The translations under genes and the position numbers were made by a program. From an uncultured Candidatus Binatia bacterium (GTDB lineage: Bacteria; Desulfobacterota; Binatia; UBA9968; CAXXLF01), in NCBI GenBank assembly GCA_965218425.1, contig OZ244621.1, positions 320,001 through 384,000 of the forward strand: DNA of 64,000 nt. The letters are read 5' to 3'. The first letter of the stretch is position 1; the number at the start of each line of letters is the position of its first letter. Shown in pieces: positions 48,840-58,841 of the stretch. The notes beneath the pieces were generated by a model, which worked only from the letters and a program-made list of their open reading frames with translations, did no database searches and was not told the origin of the DNA.

Positions 48840-49948
48840 GATTAATGGGCAAAGAGAAAACGGTAGGACGTGAGTTTCTTACAGAACAACTTCCTTTGAT
48901 CGTGATTACATTCGGCCTCGGTATAGCTCTGAGTTACGTCCAGCATGGATTTCTCATCGGCGGCTCTCGTGGTGTCCCCCTTGCCGGAAATGATATCTAT
49001 GTACCCATCTGGCACCTTCTTTGGATGGGGCTTTGGACCGGATACGCGATGGGAGTCGTAGGGGAGGCGACGGGCATCTTCTCTCTTCCCTACTCCATGT
49101 CTATACTGCAATTTAACAGCGTACACATAAGTCCGACGGATCTTGTGGTCACGTTCTTAAATCCGTTCGGCGCTCTGTTCGGGTTTCGAAGGGAGAAACA
49201 GTGGAACCTGGACCTTGCCATTTGGCTCTGTATAGGTGCGGCCGTTGGGGCCCAGATAGGGCCCTTTCTACGGGTGCATTATCTCTCCGATCCCGTTCCC
49301 TTCAAGGCTGCGGTCGGTCTCGCGCTCCTATTTTTGGGAGGCCATCTGATATATGAAGCAACACCGCGACATATAAAGTCCATGCCTTCCAAGCAGAGAC
49401 TCGAGGAGAAGTTTGCCTTGGAGGTCGAGCAACGTCTGAAAAATAATCAGCTCCCCTCTGGATTGCCCGAGGACATCAGGATACACACCGTGGAGAAAAA
49501 CTTCCGTGTCATCACCATAGAGTTCTGGGGCGAAAGGTGGACTCTCTCCGTACCCATTCTATTGGGAATCGGCCTGGGGGTGGGCATTGTGGCATCTACC
49601 TTCGGGGTTGGCGGCGGGTTTCTGTTAGTCTCGATATTGACGACGTTTTTCCACCTCCCCATGTACGTGCTGGTGGCGGCGACCATACCGTTCGTTATCA
49701 CCCTATCCGCCATGGGACTTATATCCTATACCCTGACCGTCCCCCTGCTGAGTGGAAATTATGTGGCCCCGGAGTGGGCCTGGGGTTTCTTCGTTGCCAG
49801 CGCAGCAATATGCGGCTCTTGGGCGGCTTCCAAGACTCAGAAATTCGTGCCGGAAAAGTCCTTGAAAGTAATGCTCGGAGTCCTGACCGGCGCAATAGGT
49901 TTAATCTACTTGTTAAACTATCTGACAGGCCTGCCGTTTAAAGTCTGA
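48836..49948 (+). CDS. TauE/SafE (sulfite exporter/TSUP) family membrane protein
   Basis: Multiple TM segments, GVGGGFLLV, GAAVGAQIG. Confidence 0.85.
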   Translation: MRLMGKEKTVGREFLTEQLPLIVITFGLGIALSYVQHGFLIGGSRGVPLAGNDIYVPIWHLLWMGLWTGYAMGVVGEATGIFSLPYSMSILQFNSVHISPTDLVVTFLNPFGALFGFRREKQWNLDLAIWLCIGAAVGAQIGPFLRVHYLSDPVPFKAAVGLALLFLGGHLIYEATPRHIKSMPSKQRLEEKFALEVEQRLKNNQLPSGLPEDIRIHTVEKNFRVITIEFWGERWTLSVPILLGIGLGVGIVASTFGVGGGFLLVSILTTFFHLPMYVLVAATIPFVITLSAMGLISYTLTVPLLSGNYVAPEWAWGFFVASAAICGSWAASKTQKFVPEKSLKVMLGVLTGAIGLIYLLNYLTGLPFKV

Positions 49949-49965
49949 GATACAAGGTTGTAGGA

Positions 49966-50091
49966 ATGGCTAAGTATGATAAGAACATTTTAAGAAGCAT
50001 ATTTTTTGCGGCACTCCCACTCCTTCCCTTTCTCTTCCTGATACTCGCGACAATTGTAGCTATCATTCATGTGAAGTTTTATTGGCTTTAG
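49966..50091 (+). CDS. small putative single-pass membrane protein (41 aa)
   Basis: MAKYDKNILRSIFFAALPLLPFLFLILATIVAIIHVKFYWL starts 17 nt after the TauE stop, with purine-rich AAGG/AGGA upstream. Confidence 0.55.
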   Translation: MAKYDKNILRSIFFAALPLLPFLFLILATIVAIIHVKFYWL

Positions 50092-50324
50092 AAAAGGGGC
50101 CGCTCTTCCTCGCTACTTTTGGGATTCACCGACTCGGGCTGTGGTTCCGGGACCCTAGACCCCGGGATCAAGGTTTCAATCGTCCCGCAGCTCAAGAAAA
50201 CGGCTAATGCAACCTAGGATAACGCACTACCGGCACATTAGCACCGGCGTAACACAAATTTAACATTGAACTGACATCAGGAGTTGTCCAACCATCTGGC
50301 TATCAGAGCCCTTGTTGTATTTCT

Positions 50325-51203
50325 CTATCGCCCGGTTTTCGAAGCACAAAATCGTGTCCAAAGGCCTCGAAGCATCAGCACGGGGAGCACGACCATAATT
50401 CCCACAAACAGAAACGCACAACTTTCTGCGAAATGGAAAATTCTTGCTTCTAAGGCAACTCTTCCACCGAATCTGCTCAAATAATCGCTGGCCAGCCTCC
50501 TTGCTAGATCCAGTTCAGATTCCTCCATCACTTGTTCTAAGATTCGAACTGCCCTAGCAGCTGTTCTCCAGTCCGTGACGGCGTCGCGTTTCGATGTGGT
50601 TGTCATGGACGGGTTTAGATCGGGTCTCGCCGCCACCGCAAACCAACCGTAGGCCTGAACATAATCAAGGGAGACACTCGCTCCATTTGCGAATAGGGCA
50701 CCTAAACGGTACTGAGCCCCGGGATCGCCGGCTTTCGCAAGCCTCCTCTCCCGAGGAATCTTTTCCTTTGGGGGAACGATCCTCTTTCCCCAAACAAAGT
50801 CCCTATAAACCGGTGCGCTGATCCCCAGCGCGTCACCACGATGTGGATGGCCGGCTTGGATAGCAAGCTTGTACCACTTGACCCCTTGCGCCTCATCACC
50901 AAGAAATTCCATTAAATAGTAACATCTCTTCATGGCGGCCTCGGGATTGCCCTGTTCGGCGGCTAGGCGAAGCCACCTTAGTGTTTCCTCGACATCGTCT
51001 TTGCCCAAGAGCTCTGCCAATCGCATCTGCGCTCGTACATGGCTTTGCTCGGCGGCTTTTCTCAACCACTTAATGGCCTCATCCATGTCCGCCTGGGCAA
51101 TCTCGTTTCCTCCATCCTCAGGCCAATATCTGTTGGCTAATGCGAATTGGGCGCTCGGATCTCCACCTTCTGCTTGGGCTCTAAGGGTTGATCGTTCGGC
51201 CAT
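50325..51203 (-). CDS. Sel1-repeat protein with C-terminal TM segment
   Basis: AEGGDPSAQFALA, AIKWLRKAAEQ, AGDPGAQYRLG...DYVQAYGWFAVAA. Confidence 0.85.
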   Translation of the reverse strand: MAERSTLRAQAEGGDPSAQFALANRYWPEDGGNEIAQADMDEAIKWLRKAAEQSHVRAQMRLAELLGKDDVEETLRWLRLAAEQGNPEAAMKRCYYLMEFLGDEAQGVKWYKLAIQAGHPHRGDALGISAPVYRDFVWGKRIVPPKEKIPRERRLAKAGDPGAQYRLGALFANGASVSLDYVQAYGWFAVAARPDLNPSMTTTSKRDAVTDWRTAARAVRILEQVMEESELDLARRLASDYLSRFGGRVALEARIFHFAESCAFLFVGIMVVLPVLMLRGLWTRFCASKTGR

Positions 51204-51494
51204 GGTCTAAACCAAATCGGTTAGATTCCCGACGTGAATTTCTATAAGACTTATCAGGACAAAGACAGCAGGTATTACCAACAGAGTGTACATACCAAGG
51301 TCCCAGCCCGGGACTATTTTCCTCTCCGGGAACGTGGGGTTCGTTTTACCACCCCGGGCAAAGGAGCGGATTCGAGGATAACGTGGAAAATCAAAGCCTC
51401 ACAGATTCCGTCCAAAGATTTGTCGTGGAGGCATTTTAGAAACATCGAACCTGCTGGGAATTGAGCTATGGCAGGTAACTAGCTCTAAATTAAA

Positions 51495-51568
51495 TGCCCC
51501 CGACCGGATTCGAACCGATGGCCCCAGGATTAGGAATCCTGTGCTCTATCCTCCTGAGCTACGGGGGC
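51495..51568 (-). tRNA. tRNA-Arg (CCT), CCA not encoded
   Basis: Reverse complement GCCCCCGTAGCTCAGGAGGATAGAGCACAGGATTCCTAATCCTGGGGCCATCGGTTCGAATCCGGTCGGGGGCA folds as a cloverleaf; anticodon loop TTCCTAA. Confidence 0.95.
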
Positions 51569-51754
51569 GAATTAACTAGATCAAATATTTACCACCCCTG
51601 GTGCGCAATTCCAACCTTATATAAGAAGGTAGGCCCACCGGTTGTGTTATCCCCATCCAAAATATTTGTTTTATCAATACTTGTATTTACCTTGTCAATT
51701 CCTTCTCTTCCGCAGTTTTTTGGTGGGTCTCCCACCAGGATGCCGAGTTTTTTT

Positions 51755-51880
51755 CTAGGCTTCGAGGGAGGCCCTTGGAACGAGCTTCACGTGACCAAAC
51801 CGAAGTGCCGCAAGCCGTCTGTTTTTTATGGCCTGCCTAGTGGTTCTAAGGACTTTTGCGCATTTTGTATATGTGGCACT
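51755..51880 (-). pseudogene. possible excisionase-like (HTH_17) relic
   Basis: CAKVLRTTRQAIKNRRLAALRFGHVKLVPRASLE resembles Xis-type winged HTH, but seems to have an internal deletion. Confidence 0.4.
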
Positions 51881-52408
51881 GATTTTCTCTATACACCCCC
51901 TGGTAATGAGAAAAATGATGCGAATGACATATACTGGGTCCAGATTGGCCGTGGAAAGGGTTACGCGATAAAATTCCAATTTCGGCTTTAATCTGCATCA
52001 GGACAAATAGTTTCACGTAAAAAGTGTCCAAAATATACCGAGAATAGCTTTACTGTACCGTCCTGTCCTGAAATGTTCCCGAAGGTCAACCCTTCAATGA
52101 GCGTTCCCTTCTCCTTGTGCCCCAATCCCATCCGGAGGATGACTCATGGAATATCAAGCTCTCGCATATTCGCTAGGTTCTCGACCCCTCAGCCTTCTCT
52201 GCGCGATTGAGTCTGCTCTGGTGACCGGAGAACCCTGCACTCTGGTGGATGTTCATTATGACGAAGGATAATACGAACCATTTCCCGTACCTCCCCAAAC
52301 TAACGGTTGAAATTTAAGGTCATGAATCGCACAACGGATATGGGGTAAAAGGTAACCAACTGGACGATCAGGCCCTCGCCTTGGTGAACGAGACCCCCTG
52401 AGCGGAAC

Positions 52409-52437
52409 TTGACTAACACTGCCTACTTCTTTAAGGT
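52409..52437 (+). promoter_or_regulatory. putative sigma70 promoter for the tRNA-Gln/Glu pair
   Basis: TTGACT-N17-TAAGGT, 11 nt upstream of tRNA-Gln. Confidence 0.6.
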
Positions 52438-52448
52438 AAAAAATCCAT

Positions 52449-52524
52449 TGAGGAGTCGGCTAATTGGTAAGCCACCTGACTCTGGATCAGGCGATTGTAG
52501 GTTCGAGTCCTACCTCCTCAGCCA
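52449..52524 (+). tRNA. tRNA-Gln (CTG)
   Basis: TGAGGAG...CCTGA-CTCTGGA-TCAGG...GTTCGAGTC...CTCCTCAGCCA. Confidence 0.95.
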
Positions 52525-52525
52525 T

Positions 52526-52600
52526 GGTCCCATCGTCTAGCGGTTAGGACACCGGCCTCTCACGTCGGTAACACGGGTTCGATTCCCGTTGGGACCACCA
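52526..52600 (+). tRNA. tRNA-Glu (CTC)
   Basis: GGTCCCA...CCGGC-CTCTCAC-GTCGG...GTTCGATTC...TGGGACCACCA. Confidence 0.95.
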
Positions 52601-53167
52601 TATCCCCTCACCCGTCGGTGTCCCCTTATTCAAAGGGCTCACTTTTTAAATTCCATCAAACCCGCATGGGGCTGACACCCTATTCGACAAACTCTATCGT
52701 TTCGCAGATTCAACACGTCCGTGCTCACGCATACCCCCAGAGGCTTTCCCTCAAGGAAAACAACCTTCTCCTCCTTCTCAAAGGGGTCGAAGCAGGACGT
52801 TCTGGCCTCGTATCTATCACCGTTGATAATAAAATCTTATCCTCATGGGCCACTTCAACCTCATGGCTTTCATAGCTGAGGCGGTCTTTGGACCGCCTGG
52901 CAGAACTCTCATCGATCAACCGCCCGAAAACCGGTCGGACTTCTTGAAACTCCTAGGGGGAAAGCTGGTGGACTGTTTTCTTTTTATCAATCAATGTCCG
53001 AATAGTTCTGGATTCCACGGCTGGGATCCTGAGCTGAGACAGTAAACACCATCGCCAAAAGAATGGGCAAGGTGAGTAGAGAGCGTAACGTTACGGCCCT
53101 CATATGACTTGCAACCCTTTCAAGCTAGAGATCAGGGAACTTACCTTGAGCAGGCAGATCTTGGTTA

Positions 53168-54106
53168 TTAAATGTGAAGCAACCGGCGTGAATTACGCTC
53201 CGTAACCGACCTGACCGAACTGGAATCCGGCTGTTCCTCTATCACCGGCATGGCCTTCTTGAGCGGACCTAGCCCCCCACAGTAGTCCGACCCAAACACA
53301 ACCCGCTCTGAGCCAAGGGTATCCAGTAGAAAGCGCAGAGTTCTCGCGTTTACGCTTGCGGTATCCACCAGGAAATGCTCGAGCAATATCTCCGAGTAAC
53401 GCTTCTCCTCACCCGGCCCCTTATGTTTCCAGAATAATTTGTTGAGCAACAGCGGTATTCCCCCTCCTCCACTCCTAATGACCACCTGCAAATTGGGGTG
53501 GCGGTCAAAAACACCGCTTGCAATCATCCTAACCACGCACTCGGACACGCCGGCGTCGGCAAGAGCGCTTGCGCTTACCCCGGCACCGCCGTCCTCCAGT
53601 CTTTTAAGACTTGGATCGCTTCGGCCTCCCCCACCACCATGAAGGAATATGGGAAGATTCAACTCGGCAATCTTTGCTAAAAGGGGCTCGCTCTCGGGCC
53701 GGTCCGCCATTACCTCACCATTTATACTTGAATACATGAGTACGGCTCGAAAACCCTGAGCGGCCATTCGATCAATCTCTGCTACTGAACCTTCCACGTT
53801 CTTTAGCGAAATGGCCATGACCCCCATTAACCGGTCTCGGTGGGCGGCCAATCGCTGGGCTAGGAGATTATTGGACTCCCGTACCAACTCCATGGCCTGG
53901 TCCGGTGGAAGAAAATCCGCGTGAACCCCGGCCCCCTGGCAGACCAGTTGCAGGTCCAGCCCCGCTTCGTCCATCTCTTTTACCCTTTTTGAGAAATCGG
54001 GCGAATCGTAGTCGTCGATACGAGGACCACGACCGCCCAAAGAGACCAATCTTTCTACGAGTTCATGCGGCGTGTGATGGGAGTGCCAGTCAATTAATAG
54101 AGGCAC
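53168..54106 (-). CDS. amidohydrolase family protein (ACMSD/LigW/LigY-like)
   Basis: IDWHSH, IFLHG, GVFDRHPNLQ, VFGSDY. GTG start. Confidence 0.88.
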   Translation of the reverse strand: MPLLIDWHSHHTPHELVERLVSLGGRGPRIDDYDSPDFSKRVKEMDEAGLDLQLVCQGAGVHADFLPPDQAMELVRESNNLLAQRLAAHRDRLMGVMAISLKNVEGSVAEIDRMAAQGFRAVLMYSSINGEVMADRPESEPLLAKIAELNLPIFLHGGGGGRSDPSLKRLEDGGAGVSASALADAGVSECVVRMIASGVFDRHPNLQVVIRSGGGGIPLLLNKLFWKHKGPGEEKRYSEILLEHFLVDTASVNARTLRFLLDTLGSERVVFGSDYCGGLGPLKKAMPVIEEQPDSSSVRSVTERNSRRLLHI

Positions 54107-54142
54107 GATCCCTCCTCATTGCTTGGTAGAGCACTTGATCGG

Positions 54143-55240
54143 CTAACCGGCCTTGGCCATTTCTTTCTGAGTGCACGTGGATACCATACTTCCCATCTTG
54201 CACTGGACGTTGACCTTGGCCAGAGCGGACTCGAACATCTCGTGCACCCTTGAATCTTCGTCTTCGTACTCGATCTGTCCCCCGCCTTCTTTTACGCTTT
54301 TGTCAATGGGTCTCTCGTCGGTGAGGCCCACGAATCGAAAACGCCAGTTGTTCCAACGCAACGCCAGATAGCGAGCAGGCTCCGCGCCGGAATTGAAATG
54401 CTGATGAAACCACGTGGTGGGTGGAACCACAACACTGCCGGGCTTCCAGTCCACTCGCCGCGGCTCATCTCCCTCCCGCCAGAGTAATGAATAGCCTTCT
54501 CCCTTTAGAATGATGACGTGGGCGCCGGGACCGTGGCGATGGGCCTTTTTGTACGTGGCCACGGGAAACTCCGAGATATGAGATCCCATGACGTTACCCG
54601 CGAGATCAAAGTTAATGTTCTTCCCTCCCGCGCCTCGTTCCTTCCACTCGTAGAGAGCGATGTCCTTTGTGTTGGGAACAAAATTCACTGAAAGCTTCCG
54701 TGACCCCCAGTACTGCCCCTTGCTGTTAAAGTAATCGTCTTCATCGGGCGCAAAACGGTCTTTAAAGATAAAATCGTTATCAAACACAAAGTCCACATTA
54801 TGAAAGAGGTTCATGATGAAGGGCGCGTTGGTAACGGCAAAGTACCTCGCGGGGGCGTTTCCTTGCCCGTTGAAATGCTGATACCGGGCGTTCAATGGTA
54901 TTGCGAAAAGGCTTCCAGGATGCCACTCGAAGCTGTGCTTCTTGCCGTCCTTCTGCCAAATTGACGTGGCCCCATGCCCGTCAATGATATAGACCATCTC
55001 TTCATAAAGCTGCTTTTGAACTTTCGTCTGCCCCTTGGGAGGGATCTCCAACACATAGGCATCGTTGCTCCCCCCGGTCCCCTCCAGATTAATGAACGCT
55101 CCGTTGGCGCCCTTAAAATCCCAGGGGGCCACCTCCACCTCTTTCAGATCGGATATATAGAACTCTTTGTTAATGGGAACCTTCTGTGCCACCTGCCAGT
55201 CATTGTAGGTATCGACTCTTTCGTCATTGGCATACTTCAT
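54143..55240 (-). CDS. bicupin protein, paralog of 22842..23954
   Basis: QLYEE...PLNARYQHFNG; KKAHRHGPG...WFHQHFNSG. Confidence 0.85.
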   Translation of the reverse strand: MKYANDERVDTYNDWQVAQKVPINKEFYISDLKEVEVAPWDFKGANGAFINLEGTGGSNDAYVLEIPPKGQTKVQKQLYEEMVYIIDGHGATSIWQKDGKKHSFEWHPGSLFAIPLNARYQHFNGQGNAPARYFAVTNAPFIMNLFHNVDFVFDNDFIFKDRFAPDEDDYFNSKGQYWGSRKLSVNFVPNTKDIALYEWKERGAGGKNINFDLAGNVMGSHISEFPVATYKKAHRHGPGAHVIILKGEGYSLLWREGDEPRRVDWKPGSVVVPPTTWFHQHFNSGAEPARYLALRWNNWRFRFVGLTDERPIDKSVKEGGGQIEYEDEDSRVHEMFESALAKVNVQCKMGSMVSTCTQKEMAKAG

Positions 55241-55353
55241 AGAATCTCCTTTTTTTGAACTGAAATATTTAAGATGTTTTCCCTAAATACCATCCGGTCT
55301 GCGCCATTATGTTCTTTTAACAGATCAACGACAATTTGGGAAGGTTCCGAGCC

Positions 55354-56520
55354 TCAATCCCGGATATCCTGGAGGAACCACTCCGTTGGAACTTCCTTCC
55401 CCAATTGTGCCTGTTTGACTAAGTCATACACCAGGGATCCAACGGTGGCAAACTGCATCCCCTGTTTCAGCCCTCCCCCCAACCTTCCCCCACCCGAGGC
55501 ACTAACTTCGTCTTGGTTTAACCTTCCCTTGGCCCGGCCAAGGATTAAATCAACTAAAGGCACCCTTCTTGCAGGGAAGGCGGATGATGGTTCGGGTTCG
55601 GATTGAACTTCCTTTGCCAGTATTCGGTCGCCATGAGCCGCCTGCCCCCGCCTGAATCCTCTCGCCTCCCGCAGGGCATCCCAACTCCCCGCCAAATAGG
55701 TGGTGAACCCCTGTGAATCGTCCAATGGCACACCGCCGACAACCTGGCTTTTTGGATCACCGCCCACACACACATCCACTTTGGGGTAAACATCGTCCGC
55801 ATACTCACCTGCCACCTGTGTGAGGTGCATCCCGGGCTCTAACATTCTGGCAAATACCGTGCGGTCGATGGAGTTCGTACAGGTGGCAAGTATATCCGCT
55901 CCCTTCACGGCATCTTGCGGACTGGTGCAGGGAATGACTTCAATACCCAGCTTTTCTGCCATCTTACTTGCGTAGAGATCTCTGTTACCTTTAGTGGGAC
56001 TGTAAACCTTTACCTTTTTGATATTCCTCACTTCGGCAAAGGCCAATAGATGGCTCCTTGCCATACCCCCTGCTCCCAGCATCCCCACAACGGAGGCATT
56101 TTCCTTGGCTAAATACTTCGCCCCTAGCGCACCAAGGGCCCCCACCCTCAAATGTTGCAGGTACCCATCGTTGATGATGGCCAAGGGCTCGCCGTTGTTG
56201 GTATCGAAGAGAAAGATCAGCCCGCAGAAGAGGCCCGGCCGAACGCAGAACTTGTCCTCCACCGTCAGGCCATTCCTTTGCGGCCAGCTCATCATATCCG
56301 ATTTCATCCTTATGGCATGGCGATGTAGCCCCTTACTGGAGCCTTCCATGGTCCCCCAGCGGTGAAACTTGCCCTGGGAACGTGTCTCGGTATAGATGTC
56401 CACTCGCGGCCGCACCACCAGTTCGGCCTTCGCCAACTCCAGGTGCCCATCCTCCAGGACCCGGAGCACGTCTGCAATGGTTAGGACCTTTTCAACGTCT
56501 AGGTTGCTGATGAAAAGCAT
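55354..56520 (-). CDS. ornithine cyclodeaminase/mu-crystallin family protein
   Basis: RMKSD, LFDTNNGEPLAIINDG, LRVG, GAGGMA, VYSPT, GMQFA, WFLQDIRD. Confidence 0.9.
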   Translation of the reverse strand: MLFISNLDVEKVLTIADVLRVLEDGHLELAKAELVVRPRVDIYTETRSQGKFHRWGTMEGSSKGLHRHAIRMKSDMMSWPQRNGLTVEDKFCVRPGLFCGLIFLFDTNNGEPLAIINDGYLQHLRVGALGALGAKYLAKENASVVGMLGAGGMARSHLLAFAEVRNIKKVKVYSPTKGNRDLYASKMAEKLGIEVIPCTSPQDAVKGADILATCTNSIDRTVFARMLEPGMHLTQVAGEYADDVYPKVDVCVGGDPKSQVVGGVPLDDSQGFTTYLAGSWDALREARGFRRGQAAHGDRILAKEVQSEPEPSSAFPARRVPLVDLILGRAKGRLNQDEVSASGGGRLGGGLKQGMQFATVGSLVYDLVKQAQLGKEVPTEWFLQDIRD

Positions 56521-56523
56521 ACC

Positions 56524-57507
56524 CTAGTTCCAATAGGCGAATGTGACTCCATGTCCAGTACCTGCAGGCGAACGATAACACGGCACGTAATCCACCAAGG
56601 TCATGGTAGAGGATTCCATGGCGCCGGCCACAGCCACCCAATTGAGTATTTCTGGAGTGCCCGGTGCGCGGTTCAAGCGATCCCTCGGCAGGGAGCAAAG
56701 CCGCTGGACATCTTTTTCCTTCAAGGCATGGATCACTTGCTGGTCCAGTTCCTCGTCGACAATCTGATGACTGAGCCCACCCGAGGCCATAACCACGACC
56801 CTCTTGTCCTCCTTCCAGGACTCGATGGACCGACGCAGGGCCTGGCCCAGGGCATAGCAGCGCGCAGACTTGGCCTGGCTCGGCAGATATCGACTGACGA
56901 TCAATGGAACCATGGGAACCGTCCCATCCGTTTGATACAACTCATAAAACGTACTGAAGGCCTCATCTAGCCCATGCTCCGCCCGAAACTGGCTTGAGGA
57001 CGCGATATCAAACCCCTCGTCAATCAAACTATCGATCAGATGATTCGCCAACTGCGGAAATCCAGGGAAATGCCTCTGCTCCCTTCTCGGCCTGGAGGTA
57101 GCCACCGGGGGCGGCCCCGTCATCGCAGCCACCTTGGGATCCGAACTTCTTCCGGCCCCCCCAAGCGAACGGGTGGACAGTTGATCACCGGAAAAGACCC
57201 CAAAAACAGTCAACGGGTCATCCGGTAGGATTCCGTGGGGGTTGCTGACCACTACAGCCACATCCGGCTCCGATTGGGCCACCACACCAGCAAGTTTTTT
57301 AATTGCCACTTGGCATCTGTCGTAGCGTTCCTGTTTCTTCTGGAGGGTGACTTCTTGTGCAATGGCCGGGCTCGCGTTTCGCAGCAGCTCACCGTAGTCG
57401 TAACGAGGATCCTTCTTATCCCGCTCAACGATACTATCCCACTGGCCGGGTAACGTCTTGATCGTAGGGCCGTGTGAACTCGCAAAACCCAAGACTATCT
57501 TTGCCAT
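56524..57507 (-). CDS. class III extradiol dioxygenase, LigZ-like
   Basis: IVLGFASSHGP, ASGGLSH, GTPEILNW, DYVPCYRSPAGTG; similar to my recollection of Sphingobium LigZ. Confidence 0.85.
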   Translation of the reverse strand: MAKIVLGFASSHGPTIKTLPGQWDSIVERDKKDPRYDYGELLRNASPAIAQEVTLQKKQERYDRCQVAIKKLAGVVAQSEPDVAVVVSNPHGILPDDPLTVFGVFSGDQLSTRSLGGAGRSSDPKVAAMTGPPPVATSRPRREQRHFPGFPQLANHLIDSLIDEGFDIASSSQFRAEHGLDEAFSTFYELYQTDGTVPMVPLIVSRYLPSQAKSARCYALGQALRRSIESWKEDKRVVVMASGGLSHQIVDEELDQQVIHALKEKDVQRLCSLPRDRLNRAPGTPEILNWVAVAGAMESSTMTLVDYVPCYRSPAGTGHGVTFAYWN

Positions 57508-57683
57508 TTTAAAACCCTTCCTTTCCACTCACCCGGACGTGACACATTCCTGTCACGAATACGGGTTTTCCATATGACCAGAACATTTTCATGGGGCGGC
57601 ACCCAACTGCCTACCCACTGAACAGCTTCCTTGAAGACAACAATTTGGTTAGACCGCTGCTTCATGACTGGGAGAAGGGCCTC

Positions 57684-58817
57684 TCAACCTTGAGGAGGGA
57701 AAACCGCCACACACTTGCACGAGTTGAAGATATAGGTCTCGGCGTAGGCCAGCACCTTCGCCTTGCGCCCTTCCATGGCACCGGCAAGACAGATCCAGTT
57801 GCGCATCTCATGCTGACCGGATGCGCGGAGTTGTTCCTGCTCCAACTCTCTCCACTTGTGGTGCTGCCCCGCCTTGAGCTGCTCGTAGCGCCGACGATCG
57901 CAGTCAACATCCCCCCACAGAAACCCGTGCATGTTGGTTAATGACGCGTGGGACCAGCTCGATGAGCCGATCATCACCGCCCGATACGGGCTTTCCTTGA
58001 TGATCTGCCCCACCATCTTCCCCAGGTCGTAGCAGCGCCAAGGTGGCGGAGAGCCGGGGGGCAGACTTTCCCCCCCCTCGATTCGCCGAGCCTTATCATC
58101 GGGGTCAGGCAGACGGCCGATCCACTCATGTGACCCGAGGGAGGGCATGCGCATGTCTTCTCCGTAGCAGTTTACGTGAAAAGGGATGATGGGATAGTCG
58201 AATCCCCTGCGGTCCCAATCCAGATAATCAAGGGTCCCGGAGAAAGCATGCCCAATGGTGGTGACGTTGTTTAACTTCGATGACCAGCCCACTTCGTAGC
58301 CGCGATGGATCAACCCGGTGGCAATGAAGGTGCCTATCTTCTTAGCCCCCTTAAACCTGGTCTGTAATGGCGGGCGTTCCATGGGGAGTCCAACATTAGT
58401 GAGTCCGGTGTCCAAAATCCCCTTGGGTCCATATTCAACCTTGATCCCACCGCGCCGCTCAACGATTTCAAACTCATCGTGAGCGAATATGGAAAAAGGA
58501 GGGAAAATATCTTCTTTAAAATTCTCGTACTGGTCGTCCCCGAATATCAAGACGAAATCTGGACTGAAGTCGTCAATGGCTTCCCGGGCAGCCCGATAGC
58601 CATCAAGGACCACCTTTCGATGTTTAGCCGCAGCTTTGACTCCTTCATCGTCCCCCCATTCCTCCCTCATTTTTTCAGGCCAGTTCTTCGGGTCCCTCCA
58701 GAAGGCCGGGGTTTTCTGATTCCTGAAATTGAGACGAAAATAATTGTTCGCCATCGTCTCGTCGGTGAACCTAAGGTGGGGTCCGTGAGGACAACCGATA
58801 CCTAATATCTCACCCAT
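57684..58817 (-). CDS. class III extradiol dioxygenase (LigB-fold)
   Basis: HGPH, GDDQYENF, GHAF, SSSWSH, GQHEMRNW. Confidence 0.82.
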   Translation of the reverse strand: MGEILGIGCPHGPHLRFTDETMANNYFRLNFRNQKTPAFWRDPKNWPEKMREEWGDDEGVKAAAKHRKVVLDGYRAAREAIDDFSPDFVLIFGDDQYENFKEDIFPPFSIFAHDEFEIVERRGGIKVEYGPKGILDTGLTNVGLPMERPPLQTRFKGAKKIGTFIATGLIHRGYEVGWSSKLNNVTTIGHAFSGTLDYLDWDRRGFDYPIIPFHVNCYGEDMRMPSLGSHEWIGRLPDPDDKARRIEGGESLPPGSPPPWRCYDLGKMVGQIIKESPYRAVMIGSSSWSHASLTNMHGFLWGDVDCDRRRYEQLKAGQHHKWRELEQEQLRASGQHEMRNWICLAGAMEGRKAKVLAYAETYIFNSCKCVAVFPPQG

Positions 58818-58841
58818 GGCCGTATCCCTCCCAAATAATAG

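Noticed and set aside
52700..53050. Minus-strand partial ORF downstream of the amidohydrolase
   Set aside because: Interrupted by stops and no family could be recognised.
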